Assembly (NCBI GenBank): GCA_964228815.1
Contig: CAXRAL010000008.1
Coordinates: 3,132-67,131, forward strand
From: Candidatus Poseidoniaceae archaeon
Lineage (GTDB): Archaea; Thermoplasmatota; Poseidoniia; Poseidoniales; Poseidoniaceae
DNA length: 64,000 nt
Direction of reading: 5' to 3'
A model generated the notes under the pieces. The model was not told the DNA's origin. It saw only the letters and a program-made list of their open reading frames with translations, and did no database searches. Numbering within the stretch: the stretch's first letter is position 1; each line of letters opens with the position of its first letter. A program made the translations under genes and the position numbers. Below, one piece after another: positions 18,318-27,964 of the stretch.

Positions 18318-18354
18318 TCACCGCATTGATGAAGGAGAGCGTTGAGCCAATTCC

Positions 18355-19401
18355 ATGCGGGAACACCCCTCCTCCCGAATCGACTTCCGCTCTGACACGG
18401 TCACGCAGCCCACAACCGTCATGCGCCAGGCCATGCACGAAGCATCGGTGGGCGACGACGTGCTCGGGGACGATCCGACCGTGATTGAACTGCAAGATCG
18501 CGTGGCCGCCATGTTTGGCAAAGAAGCCGGACTGTTCGTTGCGTCCGGAACGATGTCAAACGCCATTGCCCTTCGAACCCACACCGTGCCGGGCGACGAG
18601 ATCGTGTGCGACAAAACCGCTCACATCTATCGCTACGAAGGCGGCGGTTATGCAGCGCTGTGCGGTGCTTCCATCGCTCTGGTGGACGGCGAGGGCGGCC
18701 TCATGACACCCGGGCAGGTCCGTTCTGCCGTTCGAAAGGCGGAAGGCTCGGGCAGCCACTACCCCAACGGTTCGCTGGTGTGCGTTGAAAACACGTCCAA
18801 CCTCGGAGGGGGCTCCTGTTACGACCAAACCACGCTCGATGACATCGCCAAGGTCGCTGCCTCTTTGGGATGCGCCACGCACATTGACGGGGCTCGAATT
18901 TTCAACGCCGCCATCGCCACGGGCGTTGATGTCGCACGCATGTGCCAGCACTACGACTCAGTCTCCATTTGCTTCTCCAAAGGGCTCGGCGCGCCGGTTG
19001 GCTCGGTGTTGGTCGGTTCGTCGGCTTTCATCGCGAAGGCCCACCGGTGGCGCAAATTGTTCGGTGGCGGTTGGCGGCAAGCGGGCCTGTTGGCATCGGC
19101 TTGCCTTCATGCGCTTGACCACCACGTTGACCGATTGCAAGACGATCACGATCGCGCTCAGCGGATTGCTGTCATGCTCAACGAGCTCCCTGAATTCACC
19201 GTTGACCTCGCCACCGTGCAGACCAACATGGTCTACGCCAATACGAACCGTCCTGCGGCCGAGGTGGTCGAGCAGTACGCCGCCAATGGCGTAGACATGT
19301 TTGACCTGAGTGACAACCGGATTCGCGTGGTGGTGCATCTCCACATCACCGATGAGGATGTAGAGCGGTTCACCGACATTTCGCAGCGGCTCTTCGGTTG
19401 A
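18355..19401 (+). CDS. ltaE: Low-specificity L-threonine aldolase
   Basis: DFRSDTVTQPT..MRQAM....VGDDVLGDDPTV N-terminus, PLP-fold length of 348 aa, and SICFSKGLGAPVGS (PLP lysine region). Confidence 0.85.
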   Translation: MREHPSSRIDFRSDTVTQPTTVMRQAMHEASVGDDVLGDDPTVIELQDRVAAMFGKEAGLFVASGTMSNAIALRTHTVPGDEIVCDKTAHIYRYEGGGYAALCGASIALVDGEGGLMTPGQVRSAVRKAEGSGSHYPNGSLVCVENTSNLGGGSCYDQTTLDDIAKVAASLGCATHIDGARIFNAAIATGVDVARMCQHYDSVSICFSKGLGAPVGSVLVGSSAFIAKAHRWRKLFGGGWRQAGLLASACLHALDHHVDRLQDDHDRAQRIAVMLNELPEFTVDLATVQTNMVYANTNRPAAEVVEQYAANGVDMFDLSDNRIRVVVHLHITDEDVERFTDISQRLFG

Positions 19402-19433
19402 GCCTTCAAAAAGAGTCAGGAAATATTTCCTTC

Positions 19434-21800
19434 ATGACGACGAGCGTACGCGAAACGCTGTGTGTTCACAACGCAGCCTCCCCCGACACCGACCATGTCT
19501 GCGATTGGTGTCAATCGATGATCGATTTCCAGCCCCAGCGCGGCTGGAACGCCCCCTTGCATCCAGAAGAGCACGAACGGGCGATGGCGTTGTTTGGTGG
19601 ACCAAATGGCACGTCATCACGAAAGTGGAACGCCCTGCTGGCGAACACCCAGGACCTCCACCATGTTCAGTGGGCTCGTTTGGACAGTGACGACGATCCC
19701 ATCACCAAACCGCCAGAATCGTGGGGCGCCTTTGAGGAACTCACGCAAGCAGTTCTGTGCGGCGACAACCTCACTCAACGCCAAGAAGCCATGCTGAGGG
19801 AAGGCATCGGGTTCCATGATGGGTCGGTTTTGCGCTACCTCGATGGTGCGTGGAACCTCAACGGATGCGACCTCCACGGGCTGAGTTTGTTCGTCGTATT
19901 TTCGTTGATGGAGAGCGTGTCCAAACGAAAGGGGTGGGACATTCCGGCACTGCTGGTGTGTGTGACCTCCGTCAATCCAGAACTTCGCCACTCGTCGCGA
20001 ATGGTGCAGTACATTCACCACCGAGGTCGCCGGGAATTGCGCCCCTCGTATCGTCCCTTGGCTGCGATGTTGATGTGGTTGTCGACTCGATTGAAAATCG
20101 ACCGTACCCTGAACATGGAAGCCCGTGAATACGTGCCGATGATGGCGTGGGCCCATGACATCCAATCCCGAATGTTTGACCGGCAACCTCCCAACATGGA
20201 AGGGATGTTCCAAAAAGCGCTCTCTCACCATCCACCGGGCTTGTTCCACGCCTACAACACGCCGTGGATGCAGGCTTGGCGGGAACTTGAACCGGCTCAC
20301 GAACAAGCTGAAACGCAAAAATGGGCAATGGATCTCAACCTGAAAGCGCTTCGCTTTCGGACACGGACGGCCTCCGGTTCACTGCGGTTGATTCGAGTGC
20401 CCAGCGAGCCTGCGCTCTGGGCGTTCCTCTCCTCACTGGTGCTCTCCCCACTGAACTCCGAACCGGGGAAACTCTTGCTTGGCTTGCAGCACAACTGGTC
20501 GGTGGGCTACATTGAACGCACCCTTCCTTCAGCGCCGCTGGTTCGCTCGCTGGAGTTTTGTCACAGCATCATGAACGGCTTGGAAACCAAGGTCTTCCTC
20601 GAACGAGCTCGAGCCTTGATCATCGGTCAATTTGGTCACGTGTATGAGGTGGCCGTTGAACACGGCCAACACGGTGCGCCGTACACCATCCAGCACGTCA
20701 CCGACATCACACCCAACGTCAAACGGCCGATTTGCATTCATAGCGGACAATTCGCCAACACCCTGCCGCTGGGTGACACGATGGGAAGTGTCATTCTTTC
20801 CATGGTCAACGACATCAAAGCATCGGCAGAGATCCAAAGCCTCGAGGAGTTGCTGTTTCATCATCCTCCGTTCGGCTTCCCTCGGCATGACATCCCCACT
20901 GCGTGGATTGACCGCCTCCGGGACGATGTCGTTCAGCCCGCCAATCCCCCTCGGTATTTCTTGCACCAACTTCGATGGTTCCGTCGCGACGCCGTTGACG
21001 AGTTGGAACCGCGTCCGGGTGGAGGACTTCACGAACTCTTTCTTCGAAACCGACACCATGGCCGTCGCCGCCCACGCTTCTCAGAACGCTGGGCTGCACG
21101 ATTCCACACCGTGTTTGATCGTGAGGGCCGTTTCCCGCTTGAGGAAGCCGTGGCCGAGTGGCGGGAAACCGTGCCGCCCTATGTGCCAGGACGAACGGAA
21201 ATTCAGGGCTTTGGCGACTACTTCGGTCGCATTCAGGAGGGCTTCTTCCACCGACGCTACCACCACTTGATGCCTCATCGACGTGGAGATGACCTTCACG
21301 AGGAGGGCGATGTACGGGACGGAGAACGCCGTTGGTGCGAGGTCTTTGCACGGGTATGGGAAGTGCTGGTCCATCAACCGTTGGGGGCTCACTTTCGCCT
21401 CCCGCTCCGTGACGGCGGACCACTGGCGCTCCAGCATGCTGACCTCCAAGTGACGGTACGGTCCGAACTTGAACGCAACTTCTTCAGACGTGCTGCGAAA
21501 ATGCTCGGCTATGTCAGGGACGAGGAAGATTGCTCGCACGCCATCCTCGTTCGCCGAGATCACCCACGACCCAATGCCCGTTTGCAGCTGACGGACTTGC
21601 TTCGCGACATGCAGGACCGCCAGCGGGTACGTGGGGCTCCACCACGCTGGTGGAATTACGTCGACGTGGTGGCTCCGCCCCGGGAAGTACCTCACTTCCG
21701 ATGGCAACTTCACCTCGACCATCGGGACACGCAACGCGTCGTTGAGTTCGACGACCCGGCTGACCGTGAATTCAGCGGTCTCGGCGAATTCGTTGAGTGA
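19434..21800 (+). CDS. Large orphan protein (789 aa from ATG 19434), Trp/Arg/His-rich, no recognisable domain
   Basis: Uninterrupted 800-codon ORF whose codon usage looks like its neighbours. The N-terminus carries C-x-H...H-x-C-x2-C (LCVHNAASPDTDHVCDWC). I recognise no known catalytic or NTPase motif. Confidence 0.6.
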   Translation: MTTSVRETLCVHNAASPDTDHVCDWCQSMIDFQPQRGWNAPLHPEEHERAMALFGGPNGTSSRKWNALLANTQDLHHVQWARLDSDDDPITKPPESWGAFEELTQAVLCGDNLTQRQEAMLREGIGFHDGSVLRYLDGAWNLNGCDLHGLSLFVVFSLMESVSKRKGWDIPALLVCVTSVNPELRHSSRMVQYIHHRGRRELRPSYRPLAAMLMWLSTRLKIDRTLNMEAREYVPMMAWAHDIQSRMFDRQPPNMEGMFQKALSHHPPGLFHAYNTPWMQAWRELEPAHEQAETQKWAMDLNLKALRFRTRTASGSLRLIRVPSEPALWAFLSSLVLSPLNSEPGKLLLGLQHNWSVGYIERTLPSAPLVRSLEFCHSIMNGLETKVFLERARALIIGQFGHVYEVAVEHGQHGAPYTIQHVTDITPNVKRPICIHSGQFANTLPLGDTMGSVILSMVNDIKASAEIQSLEELLFHHPPFGFPRHDIPTAWIDRLRDDVVQPANPPRYFLHQLRWFRRDAVDELEPRPGGGLHELFLRNRHHGRRRPRFSERWAARFHTVFDREGRFPLEEAVAEWRETVPPYVPGRTEIQGFGDYFGRIQEGFFHRRYHHLMPHRRGDDLHEEGDVRDGERRWCEVFARVWEVLVHQPLGAHFRLPLRDGGPLALQHADLQVTVRSELERNFFRRAAKMLGYVRDEEDCSHAILVRRDHPRPNARLQLTDLLRDMQDRQRVRGAPPRWWNYVDVVAPPREVPHFRWQLHLDHRDTQRVVEFDDPADREFSGLGEFVE

Positions 21801-22674
21801 ACGCCAGTGCCAAACCCACGACCATCATCGTCGACACGGCGGACAAGGCTGGCGTGTCTTCATTGGGTTCAACAGGTTCGGGTTCCTCTTCCATCACTTC
21901 CGGTGGGTTGGGCATGATTTCGTAAAGCAGGTGAACCTCCAAATCGTCGCCGTCGTGCGGTGTTGGGAGCGACACCATCATCGATCCTTGGGATGTGTTT
22001 CCAACATCGATCATCTCGCGCACGATGTGCGGGTAAGTCCCCAGGCCGTTGGTCCCCTCTTCGTAATCGGCGGCGGTCTCCACGATGTAAGCGTACACGG
22101 TGAGGCTGGCGTTGTCGAGGTGCTTCTCGTCGATGTCAAGGTCCCACGTCATGGTGCCGCAGGCGAACACATCTTCGCAAGCACCGGGCGTCCAGGAAAA
22201 CGAGGTGGTACCTTGACCAAGCCCCAAGTCCTGTTTGGCAAGGTTGGTGAATTCGTTCTGAAGCGTTCCATCGTCGGCCACACTGCCGACTTTCTTCATG
22301 GTCCCGTTGAACACCACGCCGGGCGGGGAGTTGGGCTCGTACTTGTCTCGCCATCGCTGTTCAAGTTCGGCTACACCAAACGGATCGCTGAGGGTGGAGT
22401 GGAAGTGGTACTGAATCAGGTGCCCTTCGGCCTTGACGTCCTCAAGGGCGTGCTCAACATCGACACAGTTGTCACACCAGGTGGCGGTGTAGACTTCCGT
22501 GACGGCTTTGAGATCGCTGAAATTGGACGTCTCGACCGCCGTTGTGTTGGCCGATGTCCACTGCCCACCAAACAACATGCCGTTGTTGACTTCGCTGGCT
22601 GGAAGGGCAGCAACCGGGCTGATGGTTCCGAGAAAGAACGCAAGCGCAAGGCTCAGAGCAAAGGATGAACGCAT
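21772..22674 (-). CDS. Exported, membrane-anchored thioredoxin-fold protein
   Basis: Signal peptide MRSSFALSLALAFFLGTISPVAA, a WCxxC motif (TATWCDNCV), and a C-terminal TM anchor (ALSAVSTMMVVGLALAF) followed by RIRRDR. Confidence 0.6.
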   Translation of the reverse strand: MRSSFALSLALAFFLGTISPVAALPASEVNNGMLFGGQWTSANTTAVETSNFSDLKAVTEVYTATWCDNCVDVEHALEDVKAEGHLIQYHFHSTLSDPFGVAELEQRWRDKYEPNSPPGVVFNGTMKKVGSVADDGTLQNEFTNLAKQDLGLGQGTTSFSWTPGACEDVFACGTMTWDLDIDEKHLDNASLTVYAYIVETAADYEEGTNGLGTYPHIVREMIDVGNTSQGSMMVSLPTPHDGDDLEVHLLYEIMPNPPEVMEEEPEPVEPNEDTPALSAVSTMMVVGLALAFTQRIRRDR

Positions 22675-22720
22675 GCTTCGTGGGAGCGGTCAGTGGGATA
22701 TGAACCCCACTTCATTTGGT

Positions 22721-23878
22721 TCACTCGTCAGCGGCTTCTTCATCGGCGTTACCGTCGCTCTCAACGGCTTCATCCACCGTGTCGGAGAAGAGTTCTGCTC
22801 CTTTGGGGAAATCTCCGTTCTCGTAGCGTTCACGCATCTCTTCGAGGCGACTCTTGATGCCGGCACCCGAGCGCTGCACGGCTTTGGCCACGGTGCTGAG
22901 GTTGCCGTTTTGGAGGCCAAGCTGGCGCAGGAGGTTGTACATGACGCAACCTGCGACCATCGAGATGGGGACGTTGGCTGTGGGGGCGTCCACGCTGGGC
23001 TCACCCAGGTTCGACATGACAGTGAAGAAAGCGTCCATGATGGCGCCAAGGTCATCGTCGTCAAAGCGCTTTGACAGACCGTCGCTCAGGTTTTCAGCGA
23101 CCTTGTCCAACTCGTCTTCACGGGCAGCGGCAAGGCTGAGTTGTTGAGGAGGTGCGGCCCAACCCTGGCGCACGCGCTCTTGGTAGTGCTGCATGATCGT
23201 CTTCTTGGCGTTCTTGAGTTGCTTGGCCGTAATGCCGTAGGTGTCCATCAGTTGCTTCTCGTTGACTCGCACGGTGCGGAACCAGCGAGCAGCGATAGAG
23301 GCGATGGCCAAGGCCATGATTTGCAACTTGTCTTTGTCAGTCTTGCCACGGAGTTCGGGGTGCTCCTTGCCACCTGCACGGCAGATGGCCGTCTTTGGGC
23401 ACTTGAGGCGGCGGCGTTCGCCGGGCGACAAGGTCTTGCGCGTGGCTTCTTGGGTGCGAGTGAGTTTGCGAGCAGCAGCACGTGCCAGCGGCTCAACCGC
23501 CTTGGCCATGTCAGCGCCGAACATGTTGCGGAGCGTGGCCATGAGTTGGGCGTACATCGGGTCGGTGTCTCGCTGGGAACTTCGGTCCAACTTTCCGATT
23601 CGGGCGGCGAGGCGGCGTTGCTTGGCCGTCAGGCGGTTGCCTCGACCGTCAAACTTGTCGCCAAAGGGGTTCATTTTGCCGCCCATTTTCGCGCCGCCGT
23701 GACCTGCTTCCATGTTGACGGCTTCGTTGTGGCGACCTTCGCCAAGCGAGCTGCCGCTGTTGGTGTCGGCGTCGTCGTGAAGGACGGGGTGCACCAAGGA
23801 GCACACATCGCAGATGCCCTCTCCACGGGTCAAATCAATCGTCAGGTTTCCGCTGCATTCATCGCATTTCATCATCAT
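22721..23878 (-). CDS. tfb: Divergent TFIIB/TFB-family transcription factor
   Basis: N-terminal Zn ribbon (KCDECSGNLTIDLTRGEGICDVCSLV). B-linker-like GDKFDGRGNRLTAKQRRLAARIGKLDR. Two helical cyclin-like halves and an acidic C-terminal tail. It is longer than, and divergent from, canonical TFB. ATG 23878 is preferred over TTG 23887. Confidence 0.6.
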   Translation of the reverse strand: MMMKCDECSGNLTIDLTRGEGICDVCSLVHPVLHDDADTNSGSSLGEGRHNEAVNMEAGHGGAKMGGKMNPFGDKFDGRGNRLTAKQRRLAARIGKLDRSSQRDTDPMYAQLMATLRNMFGADMAKAVEPLARAAARKLTRTQEATRKTLSPGERRRLKCPKTAICRAGGKEHPELRGKTDKDKLQIMALAIASIAARWFRTVRVNEKQLMDTYGITAKQLKNAKKTIMQHYQERVRQGWAAPPQQLSLAAAREDELDKVAENLSDGLSKRFDDDDLGAIMDAFFTVMSNLGEPSVDAPTANVPISMVAGCVMYNLLRQLGLQNGNLSTVAKAVQRSGAGIKSRLEEMRERYENGDFPKGAELFSDTVDEAVESDGNADEEAADE

Positions 23879-23895
23879 TTTTCTCAACTCCTAGG

Positions 23896-23957
23896 TTAAT
23901 GTCTCGCCACCCCATATAAAGGATTCAATTACCAGCATCTCTGCTTCTTAATGTCTC
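23896..23957 (+). repeat. 10-bp direct repeat TTAATGTCTC x2 (23896-23905 and 23948-23957)
   Basis: Read directly. The core ATGTCT recurs inverted as AGACAT at 24001-24006 and 24081-24086. Confidence 0.6.
23914..23920 (-). promoter_or_regulatory. TATA-box candidate (TTTATAT on the minus strand) for the tfb-like gene
   Basis: Lies 36-42 nt upstream of ATG 23878, which fits an archaeal TATA at about -26 with a short leader. Confidence 0.4.
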
Positions 23958-24226
23958 CTCCCGGGCCGGAAAACAGGTTTTCAACACGGGGGGAGAGACA
24001 AGACATATTCTTATTGGGCTCGAACTATAAGAAACTTCCCAAAACATCCCCGGATAGAGAGGTGTGCAATCGAGAACACTAGACATCATCTTTAGTGAGC
24101 CAATTTCACAAAGACGGAGTTAAATCCACGAGACACCAATTTCAATAGGAATGATCAGCGAAGTCAACATCCTTGCCGCGCATGTTGAAATAGCCTCGGT
24201 GCTGTTCTCCAAAACAGGCGGTTTTC

Positions 24227-27200
24227 ATGGAGGGAACACCGAGCATCACATCGGAACACGTCCCTGCAGGCGAGGGTCTTCCACCGTGGCTGTTCGAAGC
24301 CCTCTGCCACCCCATGGAGCACGCTCCGTTCATGCTTCTGCATCCTACGGAACTGCACCGTCAACGCACCCTGGAGCGCTTGAACGAGGCTGGCGTGGTG
24401 GTTACGCCCCAGTATCATCTCACCCTAAATCGCCTGGTTCGCCTTCTGCACGTAGATCTCCGGCTCCCGGTGCTGATGGATGACGAATCCAGCACCTTCA
24501 TGGCCCTTCACGCACGGTGTGCTGCGGCCGCTGAGAATGCCGAACTCCCGTTCCTCTACACGCCGGGGATTGGCAGTTGGACACTCACGAAAACACGTCG
24601 ACTTCAGCAACTGCACGGCGAACTGCTCCAACTGCGCCGCCCCTTTGCGTGGGAGGGCGACCCGGGCGCCGCGGTGTTCCATCGCTTGTGCCTTGAGACC
24701 GAAGCGGCGGCGGGTGCCATGCTGCCAGCACTGGTTTCTCGACATGTCCTTGAGGCGTTGCAGACGGCCACAGATATACCGTTTCATCTCAGTGAAGTGG
24801 CCGGCCTGATTGTCCTCGACGCCGCCCCGGACTTCAACGAAGTCGAACAAGACCTCCTCACTGCTGTATCCACTTTTACTCCTGTGCATCAGCTGCTCAA
24901 CCCTGGGTCGTTCCGGCTTGGTTACCACGGCGCTTACCTGGTGGATGAACCACCGTGCACCACAGCGAACTTGCCCGATTGGGTACCTCCACACGATGCG
25001 TGGACCGGCGACGCCACGATGTGGCAAACCGACGTGGGACGTGAGCGAGCGACCCGGTTGACGAGGGTGACCCTTGACGAACGAGGCCACGGCATGCAGG
25101 CGGCCCTGACCATGATTCAGGCGTACCGTGCGCACCACGACGGGCACATGTTGGTGGTCGATGCAGGCGTTCGAGATCGGGCCACGACCTGGTCCAACGG
25201 CTTGGCCTCCATCGGCCTTCGGTGGCATCCCGGCTCGGCCGCCATGAACCAGCAACCCACGCATCACGCCGTGGTCAGAGCCGCTCGGTTGGCACAGGGC
25301 ATGAGCGCCTGGTCGCTTGAATCACTGCGGGGCGTGTTCTTCTCCTCCGTAGTCCCCTTCAACGACGACCTGTTTCCTGAGTTGAACCATCCCAGCGAGG
25401 GAACGTGGCGCCCTCAGCCTGACGCTACCGTCTTGGACGACATCTCGCGGCAGTTCCACGTGCTCGGTGGCCCGGGCGCCATCGCCCGCTGGCTTGGTGT
25501 TCTGGCCGGGGCTGAGCCTTCCTTTGCAGAGCGACGTCCCGAAGAAAAGGCCAGGGCGCTTGAACAGACGCAGTGGTGGCTTGCCTGTTTGCTACGCACT
25601 TGGGCGCCGCTTCTCTCCCCAGAGGACCGCCATTTGCTGCGACGCCCGGTGGTGGGGTGCACCAGCGGCGTTGAACTGCCGATGCCCGATTCTCCTGTCT
25701 CCGGCATGGCGTGGCTTTCGTGGTTGCTTACCTCCATTGACGTGGCCCGGTTTGAACAGCGGCGAGCCCCCTTTGATGCAGGCTTTGGGGCCCTCCAGGC
25801 GCTCGTGGAAGCCCTGAACGCCATCAAGGCTCAACTTCTCCACCATGGTCTTCCGTTTGAGGACCATGGCGTTGCGTTTGTGGACCTTCTCGACCACATC
25901 GGGTCTTCAGCAGAGGTCACTCACCAAACTTCGCGAACCGACCGCATCAACGTGGTTACGCCCGACGACGCTCACGGATGCACCGCCGACGTGGTGCTGC
26001 TCGTTGGCATGGACGTTGATTCATGGTCGATGCGCTCTTCAATCACGCCTTGGCTGGACGCTTCGGCCCAACTTGAACTTGGGTTGTTCCAAACCGACCG
26101 CCTGGTTCGCCGTGGGCGCCATCATCTTCGCCATTTGCTGAACGCAGCCCCCACGGTGGTCGTGTTTGATTCCTCTCCTGAAGAGGGCGGAGGCCCGAGT
26201 GCACCGTTGGCTGAATGGTTAGCAGATGTCCAACGGACTGGGGCATGGGAGGCCATGCGAACCCCTCCCTCGTTCCTCCCGCCATCCACCTATGAGGGTG
26301 AAGGGGAACCTCGTCCGTTCCGATGGTCGGTGCGCGAAGACGGCCACGGCAGTTGGCTCACACCGGTGATGCACGCCACCGCCAGCACGACGTCGGGGTT
26401 GCGAACGGTTCGCTTTGGTTTCAGCGGAAGGGACCGACGTCAACAACTCGGTCTCGATGTCCGCTCACATCTCGAACCCAACGTCATGCCCAATCATGCC
26501 GTTGCTCTGGTCCATGCCTACGAAGGCGAGGTTCAGGCCGATCGAAGGCGGCGGCAGCCGCTGGCCAAACACCTTGGCGAACACACCAGTTTTGCTTGGT
26601 CAAATCGAGCACATCTGTCCAGCGTTGATGCCGTCACGCTTCGCCCGACCCGTGCTTCGCTCAAGGTGAACGGCGTTGCAGCCACCGAGTTCCCTCATCT
26701 GGGTCATCGTGAAGAGAAATCCGTCTCCGTCAGCGTCGACCCGCGACCGCTTCCGCCCTACGTCCCTTCAGAACCAGGCCTTTCACAACGCTTTGGCGTG
26801 CTCGACATGCCCCTCGAACGTGAGGTGTGGTCGCCAAGTCGCCTTGAGGCCTGGCTCAAGTGCCCACGCCAAGCGTGGTTGAAGCAACACCTCCGCGCCG
26901 ACGACGACGAAGAGATGAGCACCGAAGACATCGACATCCGAATTCGAGGTCAAGTGGTGCACGAGACGGAAGCAGCCATCCTGCATGGTCACGGGGTTCC
27001 GATGGGAGGTGAAATCACCACTGAGCCACAACCGCTCCATCTTGGCCCCATGGGTGAAGGTCGTGCAGGGTGGGATGCTGTGCTTGATTTCCTCCAGCAG
27101 GATGTTCACTGGCTGGGCCGGCACAACGCCGTTTCCGTCCATCGCACCAAGGACCTCATCGACGCCTCACCCGAGTCCTGGCAGGCTCATCAGGACGGTG

Positions 27201-27964
27201 AAATCGAACTGCCTCCCCGCGGCCGTCTCGCCCGATTGTTGAACGCTGACCTCGCGCTGGAGCACGCCGCTCCCGTGGCGATGGAATGGTCTCCCAGGGT
27301 TGAGAGCGAGCGTTCCGTTCTGCTCGACACCCTTGGGGGAGATGAAGGGGCGGGTTTCCGTCTGTTTGGTTACGCCGACCGCGTGGACGTCGTGGTCCTT
27401 CCCGAAACCCTCCGCTCAGTGCTCGTCGATCAAGGCGTCTTGGGTGAGGATGACCATGAGACACCGTTCCCGCTTCACGATGCACCGCGAGCGGCGCAAC
27501 GCTTGGTCGTCATTCGTGATTTGAAGACCGTTCGGGGCCCGGACTCGGCTTCCGCAGGCTTGCGTCACATGCGCTGCTTGTTTGAAGACCTCCAGTTGGC
27601 CCTGTACGCTCGTGCTTGGGAACTTCTGCATCCCAACGACCGCGTCATCGGTGTTGGTGCCAGCGAGGTGGGGGAATCCACCACGCACTACGTTGAACTT
27701 GACAGCGACCTCGCTGCCTTGAGCGAACACCTGTCCATCGGCGAACTCACCCATGTGTTCCCTCAACACTTCCCGGCGTCCACACCGAGCGGTACGACCA
27801 CGACCCCCTTCCGAAGGTGGATGGCTGAGCGTTTGACCGTCGCTCAACGAGCGGTTGACACTGCCCACCAAGGGCACGTTCACCCCACACCGGGTGCGCA
27901 CTGCAGCTATTGTGCCGTCGCTCACTCCTGCGATGTGTCCCAGTACAGCGGAGGTGATTTCTGA
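24227..27964 (+). CDS. addB: AddB-like subunit: inactivated helicase scaffold with a C-terminal PD-(D/E)XK nuclease and 4-Cys (Fe-S) motif
   Basis: I found no Walker A. AddB-like IVLDAAPDFNEVEQDLL and VVLLVGMDVDSWS are present. Nuclease signature: SPSRLEAWLKCPRQAW, GYADRVDVV, VIRDLKT, QLALYARAW, HCSYCAVAHSC (C...CxxCx5C). The stop overlaps the addA-like ATG (TGATG). Confidence 0.8.
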   Translation: MEGTPSITSEHVPAGEGLPPWLFEALCHPMEHAPFMLLHPTELHRQRTLERLNEAGVVVTPQYHLTLNRLVRLLHVDLRLPVLMDDESSTFMALHARCAAAAENAELPFLYTPGIGSWTLTKTRRLQQLHGELLQLRRPFAWEGDPGAAVFHRLCLETEAAAGAMLPALVSRHVLEALQTATDIPFHLSEVAGLIVLDAAPDFNEVEQDLLTAVSTFTPVHQLLNPGSFRLGYHGAYLVDEPPCTTANLPDWVPPHDAWTGDATMWQTDVGRERATRLTRVTLDERGHGMQAALTMIQAYRAHHDGHMLVVDAGVRDRATTWSNGLASIGLRWHPGSAAMNQQPTHHAVVRAARLAQGMSAWSLESLRGVFFSSVVPFNDDLFPELNHPSEGTWRPQPDATVLDDISRQFHVLGGPGAIARWLGVLAGAEPSFAERRPEEKARALEQTQWWLACLLRTWAPLLSPEDRHLLRRPVVGCTSGVELPMPDSPVSGMAWLSWLLTSIDVARFEQRRAPFDAGFGALQALVEALNAIKAQLLHHGLPFEDHGVAFVDLLDHIGSSAEVTHQTSRTDRINVVTPDDAHGCTADVVLLVGMDVDSWSMRSSITPWLDASAQLELGLFQTDRLVRRGRHHLRHLLNAAPTVVVFDSSPEEGGGPSAPLAEWLADVQRTGAWEAMRTPPSFLPPSTYEGEGEPRPFRWSVREDGHGSWLTPVMHATASTTSGLRTVRFGFSGRDRRQQLGLDVRSHLEPNVMPNHAVALVHAYEGEVQADRRRRQPLAKHLGEHTSFAWSNRAHLSSVDAVTLRPTRASLKVNGVAATEFPHLGHREEKSVSVSVDPRPLPPYVPSEPGLSQRFGVLDMPLEREVWSPSRLEAWLKCPRQAWLKQHLRADDDEEMSTEDIDIRIRGQVVHETEAAILHGHGVPMGGEITTEPQPLHLGPMGEGRAGWDAVLDFLQQDVHWLGRHNAVSVHRTKDLIDASPESWQAHQDGEIELPPRGRLARLLNADLALEHAAPVAMEWSPRVESERSVLLDTLGGDEGAGFRLFGYADRVDVVVLPETLRSVLVDQGVLGEDDHETPFPLHDAPRAAQRLVVIRDLKTVRGPDSASAGLRHMRCLFEDLQLALYARAWELLHPNDRVIGVGASEVGESTTHYVELDSDLAALSEHLSIGELTHVFPQHFPASTPSGTTTTPFRRWMAERLTVAQRAVDTAHQGHVHPTPGAHCSYCAVAHSCDVSQYSGGDF

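Noticed and set aside
21631-22668. 345-aa + strand ORF overlapping the thioredoxin-like gene
   Set aside because: The minus-strand frame has a signal peptide, a WCxxC motif and a TM anchor. The + frame is featureless and His/Arg/Gly-rich.
24075-24165. Possible C/D-box sRNA (AUGAUCA at 24151-24157; AUGAUGU on the minus strand near 24083-24089)
   Set aside because: Both C-box-like heptamers have a mismatch, and I found no appropriately spaced CUGA D or D' boxes or terminal stem.
23888-24226. Calling this low-GC spacer a bona fide oriC
   Set aside because: There is no orc1/cdc6 gene adjacent. Only degenerate ORB-like matches occur, all in one orientation, and there is no long uninterrupted AT tract. 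It is kept as a regulatory-region finding only.
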